From sequence record PP408249.1: a DNA stretch of 64,000 nt; one strand, 5' to 3'. Made by a program: the position numbers and the translations under genes. The notes beneath the pieces are model-generated. The model was not told where the DNA came from. It searched no databases and saw only the letters and a program-made list of their open reading frames with translations. Each line of letters opens with the position of its first letter. The stretch's first letter is position 1. This document shows positions 1-8,986 of this stretch, piece by piece.

Positions 1-1
1 T

Positions 2-937
2 GTGTATGACTGGGTATGCAATGTATGCGGAAATATAGTTATCGGACACGTAGATTATGGGTCTACTCCGAGGTGCAATGTTTGTAATCCTATAACAAAG
101 TCTGCCGGCGAGAATGAAATATCTAACTATATAGTATCGCTAGGATTTGATGTGATTAACAATGACCGAACTATATTATCTAACAAAGAATTAGATATAG
201 TAATTAAAGGTACAAACATAGCAATAGAATATAATGGTTGTTATTGGCATTCTACAAAACACAGAAAAAAATCATATCATGTAGATAAATTTATAGAATG
301 CAGAGATAAAGGAATAAAGTTAATACAAATTTTAGATGTAGATTGGATATCAAAACAAGACATAATAAAATCAAGGTTAAAATCTATTTTAGGTTGTAGT
401 GATAGAATATATGCAAGGAATACAACTATAAAAGAAATAACATTTAACGAATCTTTAACTTTTTTAGAAGAAACTCACATCCAAGGTTCTTGTCAATCAT
501 CTGTAAGACTAGGTCTATACGACAATGAGAATTTGTTAGTAGCCGTAATGACATTTGGGAAATCTAGATATACAAAAGAGGAATATGAGTTACTCAGGTA
601 TGCTAGCAAAAATACTGTTGTAGGAGGAGCCAGCAAACTTCTTAAATATTTTATAAAAACATATTCCCCTAAATCTATTATTACATATGCAGACAGGTGT
701 TGGTCAGATGGAAATTTATATAAACAACTCGGGTTTACAAATGTAACTAAGAATGACAGAAATACAGGATATTGGTATATAAAAGACAACATAAAATATC
801 ATAGATCTAATTTCATAAAATCTAAGATTTCTAATAAAAATAATTCACATCTAAGCGAATCAGAAATAATGGATAGTTTGGGTTATTTAAAATATTACGA
901 TTGCGGCAATTACAAATATACATTGCAGGTACGCTAG
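2..937 (+). CDS. 5'-truncated putative homing-type endonuclease (Vsr/DUF559-like nuclease domain plus C-terminal GNAT/Mom-like domain; Hef-like)
   Basis: CxxC pairs, IAIEYNGCYWH motif, then ELLRYAS..VVGGASKLL..YADRxWSxGNLYxxLGF; ORF runs off the window start. Confidence 0.6.
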   Translation: MYDWVCNVCGNIVIGHVDYGSTPRCNVCNPITKSAGENEISNYIVSLGFDVINNDRTILSNKELDIVIKGTNIAIEYNGCYWHSTKHRKKSYHVDKFIECRDKGIKLIQILDVDWISKQDIIKSRLKSILGCSDRIYARNTTIKEITFNESLTFLEETHIQGSCQSSVRLGLYDNENLLVAVMTFGKSRYTKEEYELLRYASKNTVVGGASKLLKYFIKTYSPKSIITYADRCWSDGNLYKQLGFTNVTKNDRNTGYWYIKDNIKYHRSNFIKSKISNKNNSHLSESEIMDSLGYLKYYDCGNYKYTLQVR

Positions 938-992
938 CATAATGTTATACTTGTAACGTAACACAAAACATATCATTTTAACGGAGCATTAT

Positions 993-2177
993 ATGTCCAC
1001 TAAAACCCTAGAAGAACGCATCATCCGCGCCCGTGTTCAGTTGCTGTTGAACCATCCGTTTTTCGGGACCTTGGCGCTGCGCCTTAAACTAGTCGAGGCG
1101 AACGACTGGTGCCCTACTGCCGGTACTGATGGACGCCATCTTTATTATAATACCAAGTTCCTCGAAGACTTGGACGATAAGGAACTTATCTTCCTCATCG
1201 GTCATGAGGTAATGCACGTCGTCTACGACCACATGGGGCGGCGCGGCAGCAGAGAGCCTAAACTGTGGAACTGTGCTGCCGACTTTGTTATCAACCTCGA
1301 ATTGCACGATATGAAGATCGGCAAGCTTATCCACCGTCCGGGTACTTGCGAGCCGTGCTTTGATGAAAAGTACCGCGGAATGTCCGCTGACCAGATCTAT
1401 GAACTAATTAAGAAAGATCCGTCACTAAAAGATAAAGATAGCTTCGACGTTCACCTCGAACCCGGTGGTGCCGGGAATGAAGACGGCGATGCTTCTGGCA
1501 AATCCGGTCCTATCCCTATGTCTGCAGATGAGCAAGCTGCTCTTCGGGACGAGATCACTGAAGCTGTTCTTCAGGCTGCTAAAGCTGCTGGTGTCGGCAA
1601 CACTCCGGCAGGTGTGCGTCAGATGATCAGTGACATCACTGAACCTAAACTAGATTGGCGCGAATTGCTAAACCAGACTATTCCGTCGCACATTAAATCC
1701 GACTATATGTGGACTCGTCCGTCGCGGAAGAGTTGGGGAACTGGTGCGACTCTGCCGGGTCAGATTGTCGATGACAAAATCGATGTTATCCTAGCACTAG
1801 ACGCATCTGGTTCGATTAGCTCTTCTCAGCTAAGGGATTTCTTAGGAGAAGTGTTAGGAATTATGGAACAGTTTAGTGACTTTTCCATACAAGTGCTAAC
1901 GTTTGATACTAGAGTGTATGAATTCCGAAAATATACTCCCGACAATGCAGACGAAATCTACGAGTATCCCCTCAAAGGCGGCGGCGGCACCGATTTTGTG
2001 GCTGTGTTTAACTTCCTTAAAGATACGCTCACTGAACCGCCACATCAGTTGGTATTCTTCACTGACATGGAAGTGTATGACTACGGCGATCCTAACTATT
2101 GCGATACTGTGTTTATAAACCACGGTCGCAAGGGCGTAACTGCACCGTTTGGCATCACCATCGACTACGACGAATAA
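993..2177 (+). CDS. DUF2201-type protein: N-terminal HExxH metallopeptidase-like domain plus C-terminal vWA domain
   Basis: AGTDGRHLYYN, GHEVMHV (HExxH), LDASGSI (MIDAS DxSxS), GGGGTDF, LVFFTD; GGAG RBS upstream. Confidence 0.85.
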   Translation: MSTKTLEERIIRARVQLLLNHPFFGTLALRLKLVEANDWCPTAGTDGRHLYYNTKFLEDLDDKELIFLIGHEVMHVVYDHMGRRGSREPKLWNCAADFVINLELHDMKIGKLIHRPGTCEPCFDEKYRGMSADQIYELIKKDPSLKDKDSFDVHLEPGGAGNEDGDASGKSGPIPMSADEQAALRDEITEAVLQAAKAAGVGNTPAGVRQMISDITEPKLDWRELLNQTIPSHIKSDYMWTRPSRKSWGTGATLPGQIVDDKIDVILALDASGSISSSQLRDFLGEVLGIMEQFSDFSIQVLTFDTRVYEFRKYTPDNADEIYEYPLKGGGGTDFVAVFNFLKDTLTEPPHQLVFFTDMEVYDYGDPNYCDTVFINHGRKGVTAPFGITIDYDE

Positions 2178-2190
2178 TCGTAGGTTAAAA

Positions 2191-2220
2191 CAAAAAAGGG
2201 GCTTATAAGCCCCTTTTTTG
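2191..2220. terminator. Bidirectional intrinsic terminator
   Basis: Perfect palindrome caaaaaaggggctt-at-aagccccttttttg after 993..2177. Confidence 0.85.
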
Positions 2221-2223
2221 TTG

Positions 2224-2411
2224 ACTAGTTTTAGCTACTTAAAGCGCTGTAGCATAGCTGCATACAAGCGCTAAATTAGCGCAAATTTGCGTGTTTTTAT
2301 GCTTTACAATACATAGCTAATACTACGCATGCAAAACGCGCTATAGCGCAAATTTGCGTGTTTTAAGCACATCTACTATGCTTTTTATTTTGCATTGTAT
2401 TTAATGCACAG
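2224..2411. repeat. GA/TC/GG/CC-free intergenic island with internal 21-nt direct repeat
   Basis: 2224-2372 has no GA, TC, GG or CC; one TC then free again to 2411; tagcgcaaatttgcgtgtttt at 2277-2297 and 2344-2364. Confidence 0.85.
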
Positions 2412-2458
2412 GGACAGTATTGTATGCTTGTTTGTGTCATATAAGACAATAAAATGTT

Positions 2459-2701
2459 ATGTTACATTATCTTCCAGTTATACTATTCGTTTATGTTATA
2501 GGAAACATATTATCATTGTTTTTATACAATGTAGTATCATACAGCACACTATTTCCATATAGTATGTTACACAAACAAAACCACAAGAAAACTCTGTTTC
2601 ATAAATTTATAAAAATGTGGTGGTTTTCCTACTTAAACATTATTGTACTCAGTTGTGCTTGCATATATGTAATAGGCAAAAAATATATAAAGAGAATTTG
2701 A
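2459..2701 (+). CDS. Small predicted membrane protein
   Basis: 80 aa ORF with two hydrophobic segments, followed by terminator. Confidence 0.5.
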   Translation: MLHYLPVILFVYVIGNILSLFLYNVVSYSTLFPYSMLHKQNHKKTLFHKFIKMWWFSYLNIIVLSCACIYVIGKKYIKRI

Positions 2702-2760
2702 AATATTATAAAGATTTTATTAAGATTATGATAAATTTAATATAGAACTAATTTACAAAA

Positions 2761-2783
2761 TAAAAGGGCTTAACGCCCTTTTA
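2761..2783. terminator. Bidirectional intrinsic terminator
   Basis: taaaagggc-ttaac-gccctttta between convergent ORFs. Confidence 0.75.
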
Positions 2784-2793
2784 TTTCAATCAA

Positions 2794-3114
2794 TTATTCT
2801 ATTTTTGCATGAATAGTACATAGCATATTGTGATATGCTTCTTGATATTCAGATTCTAGTTTAATCATATCTAAGTAGATAAAAATAGCCTCTATTTTGC
2901 CTAACTTAGACAACCGTTCATCTTTTTTGCTCTTAATTAGATTTCCTATAAACTGTCTGTCAAATTTATTAACAGAACCGTTTTCACAAATAACTTCTAC
3001 ATAATCTACATAAGAAAGATGTAAATCGTCTAAGCTTATGCTAGGCAGAAATTCTTCTATATCAAACGAAATCCCCTCCTGTTCGGGGAGTTTTTTAAGA
3101 TAGATTTTGGCCAT
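2794..3114 (-). CDS. Hypothetical protein
   Basis: 106 aa ORF with GGAG RBS. Confidence 0.7.
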   Translation of the reverse strand: MAKIYLKKLPEQEGISFDIEEFLPSISLDDLHLSYVDYVEVICENGSVNKFDRQFIGNLIKSKKDERLSKLGKIEAIFIYLDMIKLESEYQEAYHNMLCTIHAKIE

Positions 3115-3250
3115 ATATGCTACTCCGTTCTATGCATATAGATATTTAGCAATTATACAAAAATGCATAGTTTTAATAGCACACACAAACACGATGCAGC
3201 GTATTAGTTAGTTTTATTACCAAGCAAAATTGTGCATTTTTTGCCCAAAA

Positions 3251-3276
3251 AAAACAGCCCTAGCTAGGGCTGTTTT
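3251..3276. terminator. Intrinsic terminator of the minus-strand operon
   Basis: aaaacagccctagctagggctgtttt palindrome just downstream of 3282..3551. Confidence 0.8.
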
Positions 3277-3281
3277 GTTAG

Positions 3282-3551
3282 TTAAAGCTTTTCTAAAACA
3301 AGTGTTAGCGCATCTTCTCCTATATTAAAGTGTTGTGTCGCACTAACATGACAAAACTTGCCATATATATCTAATGCAGATATTACAACATCTTCAATAA
3401 CTTTTTCTATCATTTCACTAGTATCTTTACATCTACATTTTAGTGTAATGTTATCCATAGTTTCTTCAATGGATATAATATTAATGCCCTTTACTTCTAA
3501 AGCTTCTTTTATTTCTTGCATTTTACTCCGCGCGAGTGGAATCGCGCTCAA
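3282..3551 (-). CDS. Hypothetical protein
   Basis: 89 aa ORF coupled to upstream minus-strand gene. Confidence 0.65.
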   Translation of the reverse strand: MSAIPLARSKMQEIKEALEVKGINIISIEETMDNITLKCRCKDTSEMIEKVIEDVVISALDIYGKFCHVSATQHFNIGEDALTLVLEKL

Positions 3552-4263
3552 GTTTTTGAGAAACCTTAAGTTCTAATTCCTCAACGGCCTTAGCTTTGCT
3601 TTCTTCTAGTAAAGCTCTAGCCTTTTCTTCTTCTCGTTTCTGCCTAGCTTCCCTGCGCTTTTCCTTACGTTTTTCTAGGCGTTCTTTGTAACGTTCTTCC
3701 AGTTCTTCTTCTGTAAGTTCACGCTGACGACCTGGGGCTGGTTTTAGTTCAGGACATAAAGAATATGCAAGCTCTAACTTTGCATCAGCCTCTTCTTTAA
3801 GCAACCGTGCTTGAACTATAAGACCTTCTGCTCGTTGTTTATCAGTAATAGATTCTTCAACTACAGGTACTGATGCAGTTTCTGTATGTACAGGGTCGGC
3901 ACCTGCTAATGCAGCTTCACGTATCTGAGAATTAATAAGTTCTAAAGCAACATTAGTACCTGGGTACGGTTGCATAAAAACCTGTCTAACTTCCACTTTG
4001 CGTAAAAAAGACCGATCGTGCATTGTACGAAGTGCAGGCAATCCGTCACCTAAAAGTTTATTATTTAGGACAGTATACAAATCGACAGAATTTTGTCCTT
4101 CTCTACTTTCAACTATAGTTTTTAGGTTATCTTGGTACATGTCTGGTAGTCTATCTATTTCAACTACTAAACAATGAGTAGGATCATCGGGTAATTCCCG
4201 GAACACGACATACACACGTGTTCCGGTATTAGCGATTTTCCCTACGTGGCGCTTAAGACTCAT
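3523..4263 (-). CDS. Hypothetical phage protein with C-terminal charged coiled coil
   Basis: 246 aa ORF, GGAG RBS, E/K/R-rich tail. Confidence 0.8.
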   Translation of the reverse strand: MSLKRHVGKIANTGTRVYVVFRELPDDPTHCLVVEIDRLPDMYQDNLKTIVESREGQNSVDLYTVLNNKLLGDGLPALRTMHDRSFLRKVEVRQVFMQPYPGTNVALELINSQIREAALAGADPVHTETASVPVVEESITDKQRAEGLIVQARLLKEEADAKLELAYSLCPELKPAPGRQRELTEEELEERYKERLEKRKEKRREARQKREEEKARALLEESKAKAVEELELKVSQKLERDSTRAE

Positions 4264-4280
4264 TGGGAAATCTCCGTGTA

Positions 4281-4553
4281 TTATTTGGCTTCAGTTTCAG
4301 CTTCTTGCTCTTCTTGTTTAGGTTCAATTGCCGATACAAAAGATTTAACTTTACTAAACACTCCGCCGACGCTGGCCATTTCTTCTGCGCGGAATGCTCC
4401 GCGTTGGCATGCAACATCAACTATGGTTAGTAAATCTTTAATATCTTGTACACCTAGACGAGGTTCTTCGCTTGCTTGTTCAGTCATATTCTCTTGATCT
4501 ACAACTTCTTTTTCTACAACTTCTTTTTCTACAGCTTTAGCTTTCTTAGCCAT
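4281..4553 (-). CDS. Hypothetical phage protein
   Basis: 90 aa ORF, GGAG RBS, core DLLTIVDVACQRGAFRAEEMASVG. Confidence 0.8.
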   Translation of the reverse strand: MAKKAKAVEKEVVEKEVVDQENMTEQASEEPRLGVQDIKDLLTIVDVACQRGAFRAEEMASVGGVFSKVKSFVSAIEPKQEEQEAETEAK

Positions 4554-5148
4554 TTAACATTTCTCCGTAATTGTGTGTCGGGCTCGATTCAATTTCTGAT
4601 ATACATTTTTTATCAGTAATAATTATTAAGTTTGAATCCCATGGCAAATAAAATTTCCAATCACTATCTCTTATTAAAATAGGTAATTGTTGCCTACGAG
4701 AAACAAGTTCATAATAAGTAGGTCTATGTGGCATTTTAATGGGAATAATATTCTTGTTATCGCCTTTTTTGTTATTACAAACTTTGCATGCAGTGCATAT
4801 ATTAGTCCAATTTGTCTTACCACCGTATCTCTTAGGTAAAACATGATCTAGTGTTAGTTGTTTAACAGGAAACGTTCTAAAACAAAACTGACACTGATAG
4901 TTATCCCTTAAATATACGTTGTTTCTGGAAAACTTTGTTTTATGATTCCATTTAATGTATTCAGTTGACATTACAATAGATGGAACCTTCATAGTAATAC
5001 TGGGAGAATTAACTTCCCAATTGTCGTAATTTTTTAAAATTTCGACCTTGCCAAGCGATACTAATTTAATACTAGTTTGCCAGTCTACAACAGATAATGG
5101 TAACATGCATAACGGATTACCGTCTTTGTTAAGTATCAAAGTATCCAT
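4546..5148 (-). CDS. HNH endonuclease (McrA-like, Zn-binding)
   Basis: FSRNNVYLRDNYQCQFC, LTLDHVLPKRYGG, WTNICTACKVCNNKKG. Confidence 0.9.
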   Translation of the reverse strand: MDTLILNKDGNPLCMLPLSVVDWQTSIKLVSLGKVEILKNYDNWEVNSPSITMKVPSIVMSTEYIKWNHKTKFSRNNVYLRDNYQCQFCFRTFPVKQLTLDHVLPKRYGGKTNWTNICTACKVCNNKKGDNKNIIPIKMPHRPTYYELVSRRQQLPILIRDSDWKFYLPWDSNLIIITDKKCISEIESSPTHNYGEMLNG

Positions 5149-5175
5149 TTATAAACTACACAGTTATTTATCTTT

Positions 5176-5418
5176 TTATTTCATGTATTTCTTTAATTCT
5201 TCCGGAAAACCTTTTAATGTTACAAACACTTGATCTTCCTGTTTTTCGAAATCAATGTTATAAAAAATTTCATTTTTTGTAGGTTGTATTTCTTCTAAAA
5301 TAGTATACTTTCCATCACAATTAGAGTCTAGCCATACACCTAAGTAAAGCTTAAATACTTCTCCTAACCCGTTAGCAGATCGTTGTACACTAAACCTAGT
5401 CATATTAACAAAATCCAC
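5176..5418 (-). CDS. Hypothetical protein
   Basis: 80 aa ORF in minus-strand operon. Confidence 0.6.
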   Translation of the reverse strand: MDFVNMTRFSVQRSANGLGEVFKLYLGVWLDSNCDGKYTILEEIQPTKNEIFYNIDFEKQEDQVFVTLKGFPEELKKYMK

Positions 5419-5653
5419 TTAATATTCCTGGGTCTACATATTGTGAAAAGTATACAGTAGATCTACCATCTTGTATTTTTATATACCAAGGATATTTTAT
5501 ATTGGTACTAATAACTGTAATGAGTTTTTCTACTTCATCCTTAGAAATATGAACTACATATTTGTTATAAAGTAAATTAGAATATAGAGTAGTGCCTTTT
5601 AATGAATAAAATTCGTCTTCTGTTAATCTATATTCCCGTGTGACAGAAATCAT
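5405..5653 (-). CDS. Hypothetical protein
   Basis: 82 aa ORF, AGGAG RBS, ATAAATA upstream. Confidence 0.65.
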   Translation of the reverse strand: MISVTREYRLTEDEFYSLKGTTLYSNLLYNKYVVHISKDEVEKLITVISTNIKYPWYIKIQDGRSTVYFSQYVDPGILSGFC

Positions 5654-5737
5654 ATACGTTTCTCCTTTTATTAAAGTATTTATCTACGTATATATTTCCT
5701 AAGAAGGGAAACAACGCCTTCCCTAGCTAGTGTGCAT

Positions 5738-5766
5738 ATTATATAACAGCATATTACCGTTGTCAA
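5738..5766 (-). promoter_or_regulatory. Consensus sigma70 promoter (minus strand)
   Basis: TTGACA-17-TATAAT on the reverse strand. Confidence 0.8.
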
Positions 5767-5773
5767 TATATTT

Positions 5774-6199
5774 TTAACTAGTCTTTGTCAGAAGGTAAGT
5801 ATGTTCATTATTGGTATTTTTGTTTGACTGTATTGTGTAACCATATTGAGTAGCCATTTTTGTTGCGAGTCTGTTGTATAATTTAACTCTAGATGGCTCG
5901 GATAGATCGGCAGTAAAATATATTTGGTTAGGTTTTAATTCAGAAATAGCACGTTTGGTAATATCTAATATAGTAGAGAATACTTTAAATTCATTGCCAG
6001 TTCCGGTGACCGCAGCATCATAATAATAATCGTCAACATCAACTTCCTTTGCAGTAAACGATATTAATAGTCTTCCATTAACCATAGTTTCTATGACTCT
6101 ATATTTCATATTACCAACAATAAAATATGCATTAACGGTTCCATTAGTGTTGGTATACTGATATTTTTCAATCTGATCGAATAGTTCAAATAAGTGCAT
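5774..6199 (-). CDS. Hypothetical late protein (possible head-internal protein)
   Basis: 141 aa, starts MHLFELF, ATAAATA late-type motif at 6222-6228 on minus strand; TGTGNEFKVFSTI..EPSRVKLY core. Confidence 0.7.
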   Translation of the reverse strand: MHLFELFDQIEKYQYTNTNGTVNAYFIVGNMKYRVIETMVNGRLLISFTAKEVDVDDYYYDAAVTGTGNEFKVFSTILDITKRAISELKPNQIYFTADLSEPSRVKLYNRLATKMATQYGYTIQSNKNTNNEHTYLLTKTS

Positions 6200-6243
6200 A
6201 AAAAATAGTCCTTAATATGGATATTTATCTTATATATAAATTA

Positions 6244-6266
6244 AAAGGGGAATTAAATTCCCCTTT
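6244..6266. terminator. Intrinsic terminator
   Basis: aaaggggaatt-a-aattccccttt downstream of 6271..7017. Confidence 0.7.
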
Positions 6267-6270
6267 AGCA

Positions 6271-7017
6271 TTACTTACCTTTTCTTACCAAAATTGACAT
6301 ACAATGTGCTAATTCGTCATAGTAATTTGGAAATAATTGCTTTACTTTTTTATGAAAACTCATAGGCATTGTTTTATTTTTATCTGCTATATAGTAATAT
6401 TCGGGATCAACTTTCATTAATCTAATAGCATCAGTGCCAGTTAATTGTATTTTATTCAATAATGTTTCAGTTTCCCTAGATTTAGGCAATTTATTATTAC
6501 ATATTTCAGAAATTACAAGGCAAGGTTTAATGTTATCTATATTGTTATTTGCTATAAATTCGATAAATTTTGTTCTAAACGAAATTTTAATTAAATGCTC
6601 AGGAATAGGTGTATTATATACTATTGAGTTTAAATCTAAATCTGTTAATATTTTTGCCATACGTTTTATACAGTCTTTAGAATTATAATAAATTACACGA
6701 TAGTATGGAGTATTATGCCAGACTTGTATATACTTCATTAACACTTTGGGGTGAATACTAACAATAGTTTTTAACCGCTCGGTTGGAATAATATCGCCTA
6801 ATGTGTGTATATGTCTAGCAACAAACTTGTCTGACATTTTAGAAACTAATCTAGTTTTTGCTGCTGTAGATGCATCTACAGCAACATGATACAGTAGTTC
6901 GTCGTCATCAGAATAATTATTCTCTATTAGTTTTACGATGTTATGTTTTTTGCTATTATACGTATTTAATAAGATTTCCTTCAAATCTTCTTTTTCTATA
7001 TAAATTTTGTTATTCAT
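6271..7017 (-). CDS. Hypothetical protein (possible paralogue of two upstream genes)
   Basis: 248 aa ORF overlapping neighbour by 8 nt. Confidence 0.75.
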   Translation of the reverse strand: MNNKIYIEKEDLKEILLNTYNSKKHNIVKLIENNYSDDDELLYHVAVDASTAAKTRLVSKMSDKFVARHIHTLGDIIPTERLKTIVSIHPKVLMKYIQVWHNTPYYRVIYYNSKDCIKRMAKILTDLDLNSIVYNTPIPEHLIKISFRTKFIEFIANNNIDNIKPCLVISEICNNKLPKSRETETLLNKIQLTGTDAIRLMKVDPEYYYIADKNKTMPMSFHKKVKQLFPNYYDELAHCMSILVRKGK

Positions 7018-7969
7018 TTGTTTTTCTTTTTCCTTTGCCTGTAGATAAAATATACATAAAATATTCTTCGTTATTTTTTAATTCAGGATACATCTTAAAC
7101 ATTTCTGACCAACTAGTTTTTGTTAATTTTTCGAGATGCTTAGGTACTATAGGCTTAAAGGTTGTTGTATATTTCTTAGCAAATGCCACTAAGTTAGCAC
7201 CTGTAAACGGAGTGCCGTGTACAAATTCTTTAGAAGAAAGTTCATCCGATATATCGTTTTCGTTAATTTCAAAAAAGTTAACAATATTGTACACATCAGA
7301 TTTAGAAATGTACTTATTTTTTATTATATCGTTTTTTATTGTATCTAAAGTAAATATTTGCTTAAGATCGTTTACTGTATCTAAAGCATATTTAGGACAC
7401 AATTTATTAGACTTATTAAAGTCAGATACTGTATGTTTAATTGCTGGCGGCAAATGGTAATAATACGAAAATGAATTATAAGTAAATACGAGATTTGCCA
7501 TACTACACAGACGTTTAATATGTTTATCTATTACACTGGCATATAATTTATCATAATTTTTATATGTTTTTAAATTATGTAAATCAGACACATCTATTTT
7601 ATTTAAACACAGCATCAATGGAATACAGTCACTGTACCTAGCTGCCACATTATTTACAATAGGTTTACTGTTGAATTTAGATTTAAACTCATTAATTATA
7701 TTTTCATTAAACAAAATAGTAATGTCTTTTATAAGAAATTCATGCAATGCTCTGCATAACCCATCAAACTGTGTACTATTCTTAAATGCATAAAGACTAG
7801 TAGATAAACTACCATTGTTAAAAAACGATGATAATGCATAGTGTGCATCTGATGAATGTTCTAACGGTATGTCATATCTAATAGAACTTTCTAATATATA
7901 TTCTATATCGTTTCGTTCTACCGAATTCCAGTCAATTTGCGATAACATTTGTGATACTGATTTTTTCAT
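7010..7969 (-). CDS. Hypothetical protein
   Basis: 319 aa ORF, translationally coupled. Confidence 0.8.
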   Translation of the reverse strand: MKKSVSQMLSQIDWNSVERNDIEYILESSIRYDIPLEHSSDAHYALSSFFNNGSLSTSLYAFKNSTQFDGLCRALHEFLIKDITILFNENIINEFKSKFNSKPIVNNVAARYSDCIPLMLCLNKIDVSDLHNLKTYKNYDKLYASVIDKHIKRLCSMANLVFTYNSFSYYYHLPPAIKHTVSDFNKSNKLCPKYALDTVNDLKQIFTLDTIKNDIIKNKYISKSDVYNIVNFFEINENDISDELSSKEFVHGTPFTGANLVAFAKKYTTTFKPIVPKHLEKLTKTSWSEMFKMYPELKNNEEYFMYILSTGKGKRKTNE

Positions 7970-8862
7970 TAGTTTCGGGGACCTTTAAGTTTTGCTAGTA
8001 CATGTTGTTCTGACCCAGCCAAATGAGGAAAGATCTTTATAAGTTTGTTCCAATACGAATACGGCAAAAAATCGAGATTTATATGATCTAAATATTTTAT
8101 AGGATTACTATGCAACCTATTCCTCGAAAATATAGTCAATATATGTCGTCCTGCTACATAAGACCAATCTATATTTTTAAGAAATTTAATACAACTGTCA
8201 GTAGACATTGTCTGACCATTTGCTTTATGCATATAGAATAGCGAAGACATCCTTTCAAAAAGAAAACAGTGATATTGTTTATTTTTAGAAATAGTATCAA
8301 ACCCTACAAATTTTACATATTCTTCAAAAACAGAATATCTTTTACTACAAAAAAAATTAAATACTCTTTTATCCAACAAAACGTTATGTCGTTTTAATTC
8401 TTTTAAAATAAGTCTTACTATGTTTAAATCAGGTAAAGATTGTATGGTACACAATTGCGTTATTATATCTTTAGATAATGCTTTTCTCGGTTTTAAATTC
8501 TTTAAAACAACATAAAATAATTTATGACATGTTATAGGAACTTTCATAGGAAACATTGAATTTGAAAATTTTCCAATACATTGCCTGACAAGATATAAAT
8601 CTTCTTTACTTATAGATCTATTATATTCACTAATAGAAGATGAATAATTACTTGATATAAAGTTTATTAATTTGGGACTTTTAATTTCCATAAGAACATT
8701 CAATACAGTAGCATTGAACGGTATATATTCAATATCAATAGAATTACAGACTGCAATTAGTGCATCTTTAGCTGAATTATTAGCAATTGTTATTTCTTTA
8801 TTTTTTCTAAATTTAATGAAATATTCTAATTCACTTAAAGCTTTAATGTAACTAATATCCAT
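7969..8862 (-). CDS. Hypothetical protein
   Basis: 297 aa ORF downstream of a sigma70 promoter. Confidence 0.8.
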   Translation of the reverse strand: MDISYIKALSELEYFIKFRKNKEITIANNSAKDALIAVCNSIDIEYIPFNATVLNVLMEIKSPKLINFISSNYSSSISEYNRSISKEDLYLVRQCIGKFSNSMFPMKVPITCHKLFYVVLKNLKPRKALSKDIITQLCTIQSLPDLNIVRLILKELKRHNVLLDKRVFNFFCSKRYSVFEEYVKFVGFDTISKNKQYHCFLFERMSSLFYMHKANGQTMSTDSCIKFLKNIDWSYVAGRHILTIFSRNRLHSNPIKYLDHINLDFLPYSYWNKLIKIFPHLAGSEQHVLAKLKGPRN

Positions 8863-8888
8863 ACATATACCGTAAAAATTTTTACCAT

Positions 8889-8917
8889 ACTATAAAATAT
8901 GTATATTCAATAGTCAA
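8889..8917 (-). promoter_or_regulatory. sigma70-type promoter for the minus-strand operon
   Basis: TTGACT-17-TATAGT on reverse strand, back to back with the promoter at 8952. Confidence 0.7.
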
Positions 8918-8951
8918 CTGTGTTTGGTAACAAAATGTGGTAATTAGGCAC

Positions 8952-8980
8952 TTGACATTGGTATTGTCTTTTAGTAAACT
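8952..8980 (+). promoter_or_regulatory. sigma70-type promoter of ncRNA copy A
   Basis: TTGACA-17-TAAACT with no ORF downstream for ~1.6 kb. Confidence 0.75.
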
Positions 8981-8986
8981 GTGCGC

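Noticed and set aside
4546-5148. HNH gene as an RNA-guided (IscB/Cas9-like) nuclease partnered with the large RNA
   Set aside because: Only 200 aa, no RuvC motifs or bridge helix, 3.8 kb from the RNA and in a separate operon.
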